A stretch of 64,000 nucleotides of DNA, taken from assembly GCF_036497245.1 (NCBI RefSeq), contig NZ_DASXJS010000170.1:3799-67798 (forward strand), written 5' to 3'. This DNA is from Actinomycetospora sp. (GTDB lineage Bacteria > Actinomycetota > Actinomycetes > Mycobacteriales > Pseudonocardiaceae). Each line of letters begins with the position of its first letter. Position 1 is the first letter of the stretch. A program made the position numbers and the translations under genes. Below the pieces are notes generated by a model. The model saw only the letters and a list, made by a program, of their open reading frames with translations, had not been told where the DNA came from and did no database searches. This document shows, in pieces, positions 37,808 to 48,290 of this stretch.

Positions 37808-39001
37808 ATGGGTTGGCAATGGCGGACGGCGGCGGTGCTCGCCGCGGTCATGGGGCTTCTCGTGGGTGGTGTGACACTCCACGAGTCGCGGCCCCGGCCG
37901 AGCCAGGCCCTCACGGTCGGCGCCACGCTGACCCAGTACAGCGCCGACGCGTGGAATCCCCCACCGGCGACCGACCGCGCCAAGGAGATCCTGCGGCGCG
38001 TGACCGGGATGACCAACCAGCACATCATGGGCTGGGGGGTCCTGAACCCGTCGCCCGCGCCGGGCCAGCGGGACTGGGCGTCCCTGGACGCCCGGGTCCG
38101 GCTCATGGGCGACGCCGGCGTGACCCCGGTCGTCACGTTGTGCTGTGCCCCGGACTGGATGAAGGGGGGCCGTCCCGGGCAGACGGACTGGAACCGGCTC
38201 GAGGTCGCTCCCGATCGGGCGCACTTCGCCGATTTCGTCCAGCTCGCGGTCGACGTCGCGAAGCGGTACCCGCAGGTGAAGCAGTTCGTCGTGTGGAACG
38301 AGCTGAAGGGTTTCTACGACCCCGGACGCGGCCGGTGGAACATCGAGGCCTACACCGATCTGTACAACCAGGTCTACCGCGCGCTCAAGGCCTACGACCC
38401 CTCGATCTCGGTGGGCGGCCCCTACGTCCCGATGGACAGCTGGGAGGACGCGCCCGACCCGTCGTCGATCTCGGGCCCGTGGGGCACCGTGGACCAGCGC
38501 GCCCTCGACGCCGTCCAGTACTGGCTCGCCCACGCCGTCGGGGCCGACTTCCTCGCGGTCGACGGGTCCAACGGCACCAAGGACAAGGGCCTGATCACCA
38601 GCCCCGAGGCCTCGAACGCGAAGTTCGCGGCGATCACGCGGTGGCTCGTGGCGCAGGCGAACCGCCCCGGCCGACCGCCCTTGCCGGTCTGGTGGATGGA
38701 GTTGCACGCGGACGTGGCGCCGAGTGACAACGCCGCCTCGCCGTACGCCGCGGACGTGGCACTCGACGCCCTCCTGCAGGTCGGGGACGCGGGGGCCGAC
38801 GCGGTCTTCCTCTGGCAGCCCGAGGCCGACCCGAGGTTCCACTCGGTCGCGCTGTGGGACTCCACCTCCTCGCCGAACGGCGGCCGGCCGGAGCCGCTCG
38901 TGGCCCGGCTGGAGGAGGTCGAGAACTCGTGGGCCGCCGGTGACCAGGTGACCTACGTGTGGCGCGACCGCCGCCTGGTCCTCACCCCGACGTCGCCGTG
39001 A
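37808..39001 (+). CDS. Secreted/anchored clan GH-A glycoside hydrolase (GH39-like)
   Basis: N-terminal TM, TLCCAPDWM, VWNELKG acid/base, LPVWWME nucleophile. Confidence 0.78.
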   Translation: MGWQWRTAAVLAAVMGLLVGGVTLHESRPRPSQALTVGATLTQYSADAWNPPPATDRAKEILRRVTGMTNQHIMGWGVLNPSPAPGQRDWASLDARVRLMGDAGVTPVVTLCCAPDWMKGGRPGQTDWNRLEVAPDRAHFADFVQLAVDVAKRYPQVKQFVVWNELKGFYDPGRGRWNIEAYTDLYNQVYRALKAYDPSISVGGPYVPMDSWEDAPDPSSISGPWGTVDQRALDAVQYWLAHAVGADFLAVDGSNGTKDKGLITSPEASNAKFAAITRWLVAQANRPGRPPLPVWWMELHADVAPSDNAASPYAADVALDALLQVGDAGADAVFLWQPEADPRFHSVALWDSTSSPNGGRPEPLVARLEEVENSWAAGDQVTYVWRDRRLVLTPTSP

Positions 39002-39044
39002 CCGAGCAGGCGGGCCCGGCCGCACGACCGGGGGGAGGACCGAC

Positions 39045-40343
39045 GTGACGGGGACGCTCGCCACCGTGCGGATGCGGCTCGTGCCGCAGGACCCGATGCA
39101 GCGCAGCGCCGTCGCGCTGGCGGTCAACACCGGCGTCACGTCGGTGCTCGGGTTCCTCTACTGGATCGTCGCCGCCCGCTTCTACAGCCCGGCGGTCGTC
39201 GGCGCGTCCGCCGCCCTGATCTCGGCCATGGTGCTGATGGCGAACCTGGCGGAGCTGAACCTGTACAACACGCTCATCCGGTTCCTCCCCACCGCCGGGG
39301 CACGGAGCCGGCTCTACGCCCTGCGCGCCTACCTGGCCGTCGCCGGGGCGAGCGTCGTCGTCGCGCTCATCTCGCTTCCCTTCCTGAGCAACATCGAGCT
39401 CGTCCGTGAGGTGCTCGGGTACGGACCGGCCGGCGTCGCCCTGATGGTCGGCGCACTGCTCGTGTGGACGGTGTTCGCCCTGCAGGACAGCGTCGCGATC
39501 GGCGCTCGCGCCTCGGCGTGGGTCCCGGTCGAGAACGGCGTCTTCGGAGTCGCCAAGCTCGCGCTGCTGGTCGTGTTCGCCGTGGCTCTTCCCGGCTCCG
39601 GCGTGTTCTGGTCGTGGCTGCTGGCGATGGTCCCGGTGCTCGTGCTGATGAACCTGCTCCTGTTCGGCCGCCTGCTGCCCCGGCACGCGCGGGAGTCCGC
39701 CGGCGCGAGCGAACCGGTCTCCCGCTCGGACGTCGCCGGGTTCATGACCCTCGACAACGTGGCTCTGATCGGCGCCACGGCCGCGAACTACCTGCTCCCG
39801 ATCATGGTCGTCGTCCTCGTCGGCAACGAGGCCAACGGCTACTTCTTCGTCGCGTGGGGTGTCGCCGCGGTGCTCGACGTCGCGCTCGTCAACGTGGCCA
39901 GCTCCCTCACCGTCGAGGGCGCGCGGCAGAAGGACCGACTCGCCGAGCTGGCCGTGAGTCTCGTCCGACGGATCAGCCTGATCGCCGTCCCGCTCGTGCT
40001 CCTCGTCTGCGCCGCCGCCCCGCTGATCCTCTCGCTCTACGGGGAGGCCTACGTCGTCCACTCGACCACGATGTTGCGCGTGGTCGTGCTGGCCGTGCTG
40101 CCACGCATCGTCATCGTGGTGTGGATGAGCCTGAACCGGGTCCGGCAGCGACTGGGCCGCATCCTGGCGGTGCAGTCCGTGCTCACCTGCGCGGTCCTCG
40201 GTCTGTCCTGGGTGTTCCTCCCGACCTACGGGATCGTCGCGATCGGCGTGATCCACCTCGGCGTGCAGGCAGTGGTCGCGATCGTGCTGGTCCCGACGTT
40301 CAGGTCGCGTTCGTCGGCCGGCGAGGCGGCCCGGCCGGCCTGA
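39045..40343 (+). CDS. Polysaccharide flippase (Wzx/MOP superfamily)
   Basis: ~12 TM; LGFLYWIVAAR.Y....VG, L.RFLP. Confidence 0.82.
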   Translation: MTGTLATVRMRLVPQDPMQRSAVALAVNTGVTSVLGFLYWIVAARFYSPAVVGASAALISAMVLMANLAELNLYNTLIRFLPTAGARSRLYALRAYLAVAGASVVVALISLPFLSNIELVREVLGYGPAGVALMVGALLVWTVFALQDSVAIGARASAWVPVENGVFGVAKLALLVVFAVALPGSGVFWSWLLAMVPVLVLMNLLLFGRLLPRHARESAGASEPVSRSDVAGFMTLDNVALIGATAANYLLPIMVVVLVGNEANGYFFVAWGVAAVLDVALVNVASSLTVEGARQKDRLAELAVSLVRRISLIAVPLVLLVCAAAPLILSLYGEAYVVHSTTMLRVVVLAVLPRIVIVVWMSLNRVRQRLGRILAVQSVLTCAVLGLSWVFLPTYGIVAIGVIHLGVQAVVAIVLVPTFRSRSSAGEAARPA

Positions 40344-40392
40344 CGCGCCATCGGGCGGGCGGGCGGGCGGTCCGGCGGGCGGACCGGTCAGG

Positions 40393-41487
40393 TCATCGCG
40401 CGCGGGTGGCGGCGCCCAGACGGGTGCGCACCGCGCCGTAGCCCTTCAGAGCGCGGTCAGCGGCCTCGTAGAGCGTGCGGTTGCCGACCACCACGTTGCG
40501 CAGTGTCCGCACCGGGACCCGACGGCCCCAGTGCAGGGCGGCCGCGCTCCGGCGGGTGGTGACGCGCCCCTCCCAGACCTCGAGCGCGTCGTCGGCCAGC
40601 CAGTCCTTGTAGTCCTTCTCGCCCCGGCCCAGATCGATGTAGCCGACCCCCGCCGCCGCGGCCGCCTCGGCCATGGCGACGTGCAGCAGCAGCCCGGGGG
40701 AGTACTTGGAGAACCGCGTGTCGTACGTCGGGAACCAGGTGGGGAGCACGCTCGGCGCCCGCAGGCCCACATGGCCGGCCACCAGGTCGTCCCCCGCCCA
40801 GAGCAGGGAGACCTGACCGCTGCAGCGCGGTGGCTTCATCGCCGCGAGATCGGTCACCAGCGACCGGATCCATCCCAGCGCGAACCGGTCGGTGCGCGCG
40901 GTCCGCCGATACTGCTCGGACTTCCACCGGAACAGGGTGCTCATCGCCTCGACGTCGTCCGAATGGAAGTCGAAGCGCACCGGTCCGATCTCGCGTTCGA
41001 GCCGGCGCTGCCGCCGGGGGAGATCCTTGATCCGCGACGACCGTCGGCGCGCGCCGGCGAGATAGCTGTCGAAACCGGAGCCGAGATCCATGATCGGGGA
41101 CCGCGCCCGCAGCGTCGTGTACTGCTCGAAAGGCTTCTGGGCGACCACGTGGTCGAATTCCCAGACACCGATCCCGCTGAGCGCGAGAACCTCCCGCGGG
41201 TCCCAGTCGTAGCCACCCCGGTGGACCATGCCCTGCGCGTCGTTGATCAGCGCGGCCACCGGGGTCGCCTCGCCGAACCGACCGAGCTCCATGGGCAGGA
41301 AGGCGACGGTCTCGCCCCCCTCGCGGACCACGGCGACCCGGGTCCGGGGGCGGTATCTCGAGGCGGCGAGCGTGAACTCGTAGGAGAGGAACGGGCTGGC
41401 CAGGGAGGGCTCGGCGTCCTGGAACGCCCGCCAGGTCTCCTGCTCGCCTGCACCGAGTTCTCCAGGGGCCACCACGTCGACGTTCAC
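40393..41487 (-). CDS. GNAT acetyltransferase, CelD/BcsL family
   Basis: SPFLS.EF, YSPGLLL, DLGRG...YK. Confidence 0.85.
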   Translation of the reverse strand: MNVDVVAPGELGAGEQETWRAFQDAEPSLASPFLSYEFTLAASRYRPRTRVAVVREGGETVAFLPMELGRFGEATPVAALINDAQGMVHRGGYDWDPREVLALSGIGVWEFDHVVAQKPFEQYTTLRARSPIMDLGSGFDSYLAGARRRSSRIKDLPRRQRRLEREIGPVRFDFHSDDVEAMSTLFRWKSEQYRRTARTDRFALGWIRSLVTDLAAMKPPRCSGQVSLLWAGDDLVAGHVGLRAPSVLPTWFPTYDTRFSKYSPGLLLHVAMAEAAAAAGVGYIDLGRGEKDYKDWLADDALEVWEGRVTTRRSAAALHWGRRVPVRTLRNVVVGNRTLYEAADRALKGYGAVRTRLGAATRAR

Positions 41488-41836
41488 GGGACCGCCGGAC
41501 CGAGCACATCGTCGAGGGACATCGCTGATTCCCGATTCTTCACGTCGTCAGGAATGGCAAACACAGATGGTCAGGGTAGGTCGGGCACTGCGGACGGGCA
41601 TCGTTAAAATCAATGATCCCGCACCCGCTCCGTGAATGATTCGTGGGTTCGTGGAGCGTCACGGATCACGGGCCGCCGATCACGCCGCTCGCTCGATCTC
41701 GTGCACAAAGTAATCATTGACGGAAGGCGTGGGAACTCGCCAAGGTAGCAGCGACTAACAGACGAGTGGTGCGGCGTCGCGCATTTCGGGCGCGAACGGC
41801 CGCCGTCGTCGATCTCCCTCAATGAGGAGGACTCCC

Positions 41837-42523
41837 ATGTCCGGCAACTCTCCCGCGCTGGCCGCGATCGGTGAACTCCTTCGCGAGCCGAACACGGCCA
41901 AGCCGATCCTCGCTGCGGCCCGTCGTCGCCTGAGCGCCGACGTCGAGGCGTACGGGCTCCGGCGCGATCTCGAGGCCCCGCACACCCACCCGGACGCGAA
42001 GATCGCGATCACGGTCCGTCCCCTGGAGTCCAAGGACGTCCCGGCCGTCCTGGGCGCCACGGCCGAGCTCACGCCGGACGAGAAGTGGGACCGTTCCATG
42101 CGGCGCCGGCTGCTCGAGGCGAACATCGGGCTGCCGCACGTGGCGGTGACGGCGGAGGACGAGGCCTGCTACACGCAGTGGATCTTCACGTCGAAGGACA
42201 ACGACGACATCCAGCGGCACTTCGAGGGCATCTTCCCTCACCTCGATGACGACATGGCCCTCCTCGAGGGTGCGTTCACGCCGGTCGCGTGGCGCGGGAA
42301 GGGCGTCATGAGCGCGGCGATGTCGCGCGTCGCGGAACGGGCCGGGACGCTCGGGCCGCGCTACGTCATCACCTTCGTCGGTCTCGACAACCCGGCCTCG
42401 CTCAAGGGCTGCAAGAAGGCCGGATTCGCGCCCTACCTCCTGCGCACGCAGCGGTTCCGGCTAGGCCGTCAGCAGGTGACGTTCGCAGCGGTCGAGGAGA
42501 ACGCGCCCGGGATGCCCGTGTAG
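41837..42523 (+). CDS. GNAT-family acyltransferase
   Basis: FT...WRGKG, N.ASLKG..KAGF; RBS GAGGAGG. Confidence 0.8.
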   Translation: MSGNSPALAAIGELLREPNTAKPILAAARRRLSADVEAYGLRRDLEAPHTHPDAKIAITVRPLESKDVPAVLGATAELTPDEKWDRSMRRRLLEANIGLPHVAVTAEDEACYTQWIFTSKDNDDIQRHFEGIFPHLDDDMALLEGAFTPVAWRGKGVMSAAMSRVAERAGTLGPRYVITFVGLDNPASLKGCKKAGFAPYLLRTQRFRLGRQQVTFAAVEENAPGMPV

Positions 42524-42576
42524 GAGCGGGGGCGGCGGGCCCACGACGCGGGCCGTGTCCGTGGTTGGCTGAGGAC

Positions 42577-43584
42577 ATGGCGCCGACGGCCCCCGCAGCG
42601 TCCGGCCGTGCTCCCCGGCGCCCGTCCGCCCAGCGGGTGGTCGCCGGGGTGACCGTCGTCGTCGTCGTCGTGGTCACCGCGCTCGTGCTGCTGCCCGACA
42701 GGCTCGGGCTCGACCGCTCGGTGCCCTTCGCGGTGCTCGCCGCCTTCCGGCCGCAACTCGTCGTGGTGACCGCGCTGGCGGCGCTGGCCATGATCGCGTG
42801 GCGGCGGGTCCGCGTCGCCGGCGTCGCCGCGCTCCTGATGTGCCTGGTGGCCGGGGCTCTCGTCGTGCCGCGGGCGGTGGCGTCCACGGTGCCCGCGCCC
42901 CACGGTCTGGAACTGACGGTGCTCTCGTTCAACGTGGACGAGGGTCGGGCGGACGTCTCGACGCTCGCGGCGACGATCCGCCGTGAGCGACCGGACGTGG
43001 TGGTCCTGCCCGAGTCGGCGGACCGGTTCAGCGCCCTGCTCGGCGAGGCGATCCCCGACCTCGGATACCGCTCCTCCGTCGCGGCGTCACCCGGAGTCGA
43101 CGACGTCGACGGGACCACCGTCCTCACCGCCCCCGGTCTGGGCCCGCTCGGTTCACGGGTGATCTCGCAGGGTCGATCCGACCCGTGGCTCGAGCTGACC
43201 GGTGGCGGACTCGGGGCGGTACGCCTGGTGGCGGTGCACGTCTCCGCGCCCGTGCCACGGAAGATCCAGAGCTGGCCGCGCGAGCTGGCGCAGCTCCGGA
43301 CGTGGTGCGGAGCCGGCGCCGGTCCGGCGGTGGTGGTGGGGGACTTCAACGCCACCCTCGACCACCGCGACTTCCGTGAGGGCACGCGGGGTTGCCAGGA
43401 CGCCGGCGCGGCCACCGGTGAGGGGCTCACGGGCACCTGGAACGCGGCGTGGCCCTCCTGGTCCGGCGTCCAGATCGACCACGTGCTCGCCGGCGGCGGC
43501 CCGCAGCCCACCGCGCTGCGGATCCTCGACCTCCCCGGGAGCGACCACCGCGCCCTGCTCGCCCGGGTCCGCCTGTCCCCCTGA
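42577..43584 (+). CDS. Membrane endonuclease/exonuclease/phosphatase family protein
   Basis: 3 TM, SFNV, GDFNAT, IDHVL, GSDHRA. Confidence 0.88.
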   Translation: MAPTAPAASGRAPRRPSAQRVVAGVTVVVVVVVTALVLLPDRLGLDRSVPFAVLAAFRPQLVVVTALAALAMIAWRRVRVAGVAALLMCLVAGALVVPRAVASTVPAPHGLELTVLSFNVDEGRADVSTLAATIRRERPDVVVLPESADRFSALLGEAIPDLGYRSSVAASPGVDDVDGTTVLTAPGLGPLGSRVISQGRSDPWLELTGGGLGAVRLVAVHVSAPVPRKIQSWPRELAQLRTWCGAGAGPAVVVGDFNATLDHRDFREGTRGCQDAGAATGEGLTGTWNAAWPSWSGVQIDHVLAGGGPQPTALRILDLPGSDHRALLARVRLSP

Positions 43585-43693
43585 TCACGGGGCCGGGGGT
43601 ACGTCCGCGTCTCCGGTGTCGTCCGCGGAGCCCCTGCCACCGTGCCCGGCCCGGCGGGTGGGGTCCGTCGGCCGGAGCTGGGACGCTGAGGCG

Positions 43694-44491
43694 GTGAGCG
43701 GATACGGGCTGGAATCCGACGACGCCGAGGCGGCGCGGCTGCGCAGGCAGGCGGCCGGGGTGCATCTGGTCGACGCCGAGCTGTGGCCCTCGGCCGGGGT
43801 GGTGCCGGGAGCGGACGTCGTCGACCTGGGGTGTGGCCCGGCGGCGGTGATGCTGGAGCTGGCGCCGATGGTCGGGCCGCAGGGCTCCCTGACCGGTGTC
43901 GATGCCGATCCGGCGATGGTCGCGCGGGGCCGGGCCGCGGCGGAGGCGGCCGGGGCGGACACCGTCGTCGTCCGGGAGGGGCGGGCCGAGGACTCCGGCC
44001 TGCCGACGGGCTCGTTCGACGTGGCGCTGGTGCGGCTGGTGCTGATCCACAACGGCGGGCGGGAGCGGGCGATCGTCGATCATGCGGCGTCGCTGCTGCG
44101 CCCGGGCGGCCGGGTCGTGCTCTACGACCTCGACATCACGATGATCCGCGTGCAGCCGCCTGCCGCGCCGGTCTCGGAGCTGGGGGAGCGGTTCCTGGCC
44201 TACCAGGAGGCGGTGGGCAACGACCCGGGCGTCGGCCTCCGGTTGCCGGAGCTGCTCGAGGGCGCCGGGCTGTCGGTCGACGACTTCCGGGGGACGACGC
44301 GGATCGGGCGCCGGACGGCGGGGACCCGGGGACCGACGTGGGCGGCCCGTCGCGCGATGGTGGACGCGGGCGTGGCCACCGAGGACGATCTCGAGCGCTG
44401 GGAGCGGGAGTTCGCGGCCCTCGACGCACAGGACACCCAGCCCTGGATGGTGGGCTGCGTGTTCGTGGCGGTCGGGCGCCTTCCGGTGTGA
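43694..44491 (+). CDS. Class I SAM-dependent methyltransferase
   Basis: VDLGCGP, GVD, FDVA..RLVL.H, LRPGG. Confidence 0.85.
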   Translation: MSGYGLESDDAEAARLRRQAAGVHLVDAELWPSAGVVPGADVVDLGCGPAAVMLELAPMVGPQGSLTGVDADPAMVARGRAAAEAAGADTVVVREGRAEDSGLPTGSFDVALVRLVLIHNGGRERAIVDHAASLLRPGGRVVLYDLDITMIRVQPPAAPVSELGERFLAYQEAVGNDPGVGLRLPELLEGAGLSVDDFRGTTRIGRRTAGTRGPTWAARRAMVDAGVATEDDLERWEREFAALDAQDTQPWMVGCVFVAVGRLPV

Positions 44492-44578
44492 CACCGGGAC
44501 GCGAACCGTGCGCGCGGTGGCGCTCCGCGCCCACTCCCCGCACGATCATGGGCAGCGGACGACTGGGGGAGGACGACG

Positions 44579-45229
44579 ATGACCCTGCCGGACTTCGACG
44601 CGGCCTACCGGGGCAGCTCGATCGCCGAGGGCGTGACGACGGTGCCCTGGAACATCGGGGAGCCGCAGCCCGCGATCGCCGCGCTCGTCGACGCCGGGCG
44701 GGTCGCCTCGCCCGTGCTCGACGCGGGCTGCGGGATCGGGGCGACGACGATCGCGCTGACGCAGCGGGGGTACGAGGCGGTCGGCATCGACCTGTCCGAC
44801 TCCGCCGTCGCCCGGGCCCGCGACGACGCCGCGGCCGCCGGGCTCGGCCCCGAGTTCGCCGTCGCCGACGTCTCGACGTTCACCGGGTACGACGGCCGGT
44901 TCGCGACGGTGATCGACTCGACGCTCTTCCACTCGATGCCGGTCGAGGCCCGCCCCGGGTACGCCGCGTCGACGGCGCGGGCGTCCCGGCCCGGCGCGAC
45001 GCTGATCGTGCTGGCCTTCGACGTCAGCGCGCCGTTCCCGGAGGAGGTCCGGCCGAACTGTGTGACCGCGGCAGAGCTCGCCGCGGCCGTCGCCCCGCAC
45101 TGGACGGTGGACTCGGTCGAACCGTCGACGATCCGCGCGTTCACCCCACCGGACTGGGGCGAGCTGCCCGAGGACGACGCCGGCCGTCGCGTCTTCCCGG
45201 CGCACCTGCTCCTGGCGCACCGCGGCTGA
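44579..45229 (+). CDS. Class I SAM-dependent methyltransferase (TPMT-like)
   Basis: PWNIGEPQP, LDAGCG.G, DSTLFHS. Confidence 0.88.
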   Translation: MTLPDFDAAYRGSSIAEGVTTVPWNIGEPQPAIAALVDAGRVASPVLDAGCGIGATTIALTQRGYEAVGIDLSDSAVARARDDAAAAGLGPEFAVADVSTFTGYDGRFATVIDSTLFHSMPVEARPGYAASTARASRPGATLIVLAFDVSAPFPEEVRPNCVTAAELAAAVAPHWTVDSVEPSTIRAFTPPDWGELPEDDAGRRVFPAHLLLAHRG

Positions 45230-45281
45230 CCCGACCGGAGAGCCGGACCCGCGTCCTGTCCTCCCGGCACGGCCTCCCGGT

Positions 45282-46172
45282 CTATCGGGAGGCGGCCGCC
45301 AGGTCGTCGGGGGCCTCCCGGTGTCCTTCCAGTAGCGGCGATTGCGACAGCAGAATCACCCCGGCGACGAGCAGGGCTGCGCCGAGGGCGGCCCCGGCCA
45401 ACCACCAGCCGTGCCGGACCTGTTCCTGGAAGAGCCCGATACCCCAGATGGTGGCGATCAGGGGATTGGCCAGGGTGATCCCGGGCTGGGACGCGATCAG
45501 GCGTCCGGCCTGCAGGGCGTTCTGCAGCAGGAAGAACCCGCACACGCCCACCGCCAGGAACACCCAGGTCTGCCAGGTCGACACCACGTCGCCCAGCCCG
45601 GCGGATGCGGCCGCGGTGACCGGCTTCACCAGGACCGCGTCGAGACCGGCCGACAGCCCGGCCGCGACCCCGGCCAGCGCCGTGGCCACCGCGGGGCGGC
45701 TCGTCGACCGCACCCCGATCAACGAGCCGACGATCACCCCGACGCTGAGCGCCAGTCCCACCAGCCAGGTGGCCAGGCCGGCCGAGCCGGAGTTCCCGCC
45801 TGCCGGTGCCAGCGTCAGCAGCAGCGTGGTGACCCCGACGGTCATCGCCGCGAGCGCCGACCACTCGCGCGTGCGGAGGTGTCCACCGAGCAGGGCCGCG
45901 GAGAGGATCAGGGTGCAGGGCAGCTCCATGATCACCACCAGCTGCACGAGCGACACCGGACCGTTCGCGATCGCGGCGATCTGCAGGGCGAACGACGCGA
46001 CGACGGCCCCGATGCCCGCGGCCCACACCGGCCGGTGACGGATCAGCAGCCAGAGCAGCGGCAACGAGAACCCCGACCGCGGCGGCTCCGCCTCGGTGGC
46101 CTTGCGCAGCAGCACCAGCCCCAACGCGCCGACGACCGCAGCGGCCAGCACGAGGGGGATCACCAGCAGCAC
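45282..46172 (-). CDS. DMT-family transporter
   Basis: ~9 TM; W..G, A...GP..LVQ, QNALQAG.L..S.P. Confidence 0.82.
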   Translation of the reverse strand: MLLVIPLVLAAAVVGALGLVLLRKATEAEPPRSGFSLPLLWLLIRHRPVWAAGIGAVVASFALQIAAIANGPVSLVQLVVIMELPCTLILSAALLGGHLRTREWSALAAMTVGVTTLLLTLAPAGGNSGSAGLATWLVGLALSVGVIVGSLIGVRSTSRPAVATALAGVAAGLSAGLDAVLVKPVTAAASAGLGDVVSTWQTWVFLAVGVCGFFLLQNALQAGRLIASQPGITLANPLIATIWGIGLFQEQVRHGWWLAGAALGAALLVAGVILLSQSPLLEGHREAPDDLAAASR

Positions 46173-46220
46173 AACGCCATTGTCCTTTCCCGGACCGCGG
46201 TCGGCTCGCCGGGACCCCGC

Positions 46221-46919
46221 TCAGCTCGGGCGGCCGTGCCGGGGCGCGCCCTCGGGCGCGTGACCCCCCTGCGCCCCCGCGAACTGCCGCGGAGGTCCTG
46301 ACGGCGTCGGCCGGGCCTGGGCGGCGGGGCGCACCGGGAGACCGTCCGCCGCGGCGGCGTGGGCCCGGGGGCGCCGGGGACCCGACCCCGCGGGGGCGTG
46401 CGTCCGGGGCAGGACCGGAGCGGTCGTGGAGACCGAGTCGGGGACGGACGCCGCCGCTACCGGCACCCCCGCTGCGGGCGAACGGTCGAGCGGGAGCTGC
46501 GCGTCGTCGGCCGCGCTCGACGCGCCGTCGGTGGTCCCCTCCACCTGGGCCTGGAGCAGGTCCCGGATCTGAGCGAGGAGCTCGACGTCCGTGGCCTGGG
46601 CGGGACCGGACTCCTCACCGCGCAGCCGCCGGGCCTGGATCGCCTTCATCGGGGCGACCACCAGGAAGTAGACGACCGCGGCCGTGATGAGGAACGTGAT
46701 CGTCTCGTTGATGAAGCTGGCGTAGTCGAACACCACGCCGTCGACGCGGATGGTGCCGGCGAACTGGCCGCCCCCGGGGGAGAGCAGCTGGATCAGCGGC
46801 TTGAGGAACGCCGTCGTGAACGCGGTGACCACGCCGGTGAACGCCGCTCCGATGACGACGGCGACCGCCAGGTCGATCACGTTGCCGCGGAGCAGGAAAT
46901 CCTTGAAGCCTTTGAACAT
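46221..46919 (-). CDS. mscL: Large-conductance mechanosensitive channel with extended C-terminus
   Basis: MFKGFKDFLLRGNVIDLAVAVVIGAAF, FLI.AAVVYF, LL.QIRDLL. Confidence 0.93.
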   Translation of the reverse strand: MFKGFKDFLLRGNVIDLAVAVVIGAAFTGVVTAFTTAFLKPLIQLLSPGGGQFAGTIRVDGVVFDYASFINETITFLITAAVVYFLVVAPMKAIQARRLRGEESGPAQATDVELLAQIRDLLQAQVEGTTDGASSAADDAQLPLDRSPAAGVPVAAASVPDSVSTTAPVLPRTHAPAGSGPRRPRAHAAAADGLPVRPAAQARPTPSGPPRQFAGAQGGHAPEGAPRHGRPS

Positions 46920-47330
46920 ATGACGAGTCCTCGGGGAGCGCCCGCGACGAGACGTGATCACGACGGGACTGGTGCTGGGGAGCGGACGTACTCGGACCAC
47001 GCTAGGGAGAACCGCGACGGGTGACCGACGGCGAACGGTGCGTGACGACGGGCCGAGGTGTGGCTGCGGTGGGCGGGAACGACCAGTTCCTGCCTCCGCA
47101 GCGGGCACGGCGAGCGAGCACCGCGGCGAGGTCGGCGGTGCGACGAACGCGCTCGTCCGTCTGCCTGCGAGCATCGCCGGACGACGGACGTCTCAGGACA
47201 CGCGCCGCTCGCCGATGCCCCTACCGGTGCCCCCGTACCACCGGCATCCCGAATCGGACCGCGGTCGAGGATGATCGTGTGTCGGTGCGGGTACGGACAC
47301 GGGAGTCGTGACGGACGGACGGAGGTCGGC

Positions 47331-47987
47331 GTGCTGAGGTTCCTGGTCCTGCTCGGGGCCGCGATCGGGATCCTCGTCCTGGGTTCGGCCGCGATCTGGA
47401 TGGTGCAGCGGATGCGCCAGGGCGCCTCGCAGCGGGCGCGGCGGACCTCGGCGGCCCGACGACGGGTCGCGAACGCCGCGGAGCGCGCCGACCTCGCCAC
47501 GAGCACGATCTCGGTGCCCGACCGGTTCGGCGCGCTCGGGACCGAGGGTGTCCTGCAGCTGACCGCCGAGCCGCAGCCCGGGGACCTCTCGGCCTCGGTG
47601 GTCGCCCCGGCCCCGCCGTTCGACCTGACCGCGCCCGGTGCCGCGGACGCGCTGCAGGACTGGGAGGCCGCCACCGTTCCCCGGCGGCGCACGCTCATGA
47701 TCCGCGGCTATCTGGCGCACCCGATACCCCGGGTGCGGGCCGAGGCGCTGGACCTGATCGGCACGTTGGGCAGCGAGGACGCCCGCGCGGCGAACCACCT
47801 GGCGGTGCTGCTGCGCGACGACTCCGAGCCGGTGCGGCGCAAGGCGGCGACGATGGCGTGGGCCGGCGGGGTCGACGGCGTCGTCGACGCGCTGCGCGAG
47901 GAGCCCGCCGCGGACGCCGCCGAACGGGCCCACGCCGAGCTGGTCATGCGCGCTCCGCCCGGGCGCGAGGCACCGGCCCTGCGCTGA
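47331..47987 (+). CDS. Membrane-anchored HEAT-repeat-like protein
   Basis: N-terminal TM; HP.PRVRAEA and L.DD...VR..AA motifs; RBS GGAGG. Confidence 0.65.
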   Translation: MLRFLVLLGAAIGILVLGSAAIWMVQRMRQGASQRARRTSAARRRVANAAERADLATSTISVPDRFGALGTEGVLQLTAEPQPGDLSASVVAPAPPFDLTAPGAADALQDWEAATVPRRRTLMIRGYLAHPIPRVRAEALDLIGTLGSEDARAANHLAVLLRDDSEPVRRKAATMAWAGGVDGVVDALREEPAADAAERAHAELVMRAPPGREAPALR

Positions 47988-48290
47988 GCCGCCCCGCTCA
48001 GCCCAGCCAGACCCGCCCAGCTCCGCCCAGCTCAGGTGCAGGTGCAGGTGCGGAACATCGCCACAGATCTGTCGACGGTCGGGTGGCCCGACGAACGCTT
48101 CGATGCTCCGCCGCGTCCTGCACCCGTTCACGTAGATCCCCTGCTCACCGCCCGGGGTCGTCGGGGCGGTGACGGATCCCGGGTCGTGTGACGTCTCAGC
48201 GGCGTGTCCGGACCCACAGGTCTGTACACCGATGAGCGGCGCGGCATCGGTTCAGAAGCGGCGCTGTCTTTGCGACCATGCCGCGCCGTG

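Noticed and set aside
46178-46180. ATG near the RBS as start of the DMT gene (possible frameshift)
   Set aside because: Out of frame; in-frame GTG at 46172 gives a full-length protein
47988-48055. Short repeats (gcccag, caggtg x3) after the HEAT-like gene
   Set aside because: Low complexity, too short to assign a function
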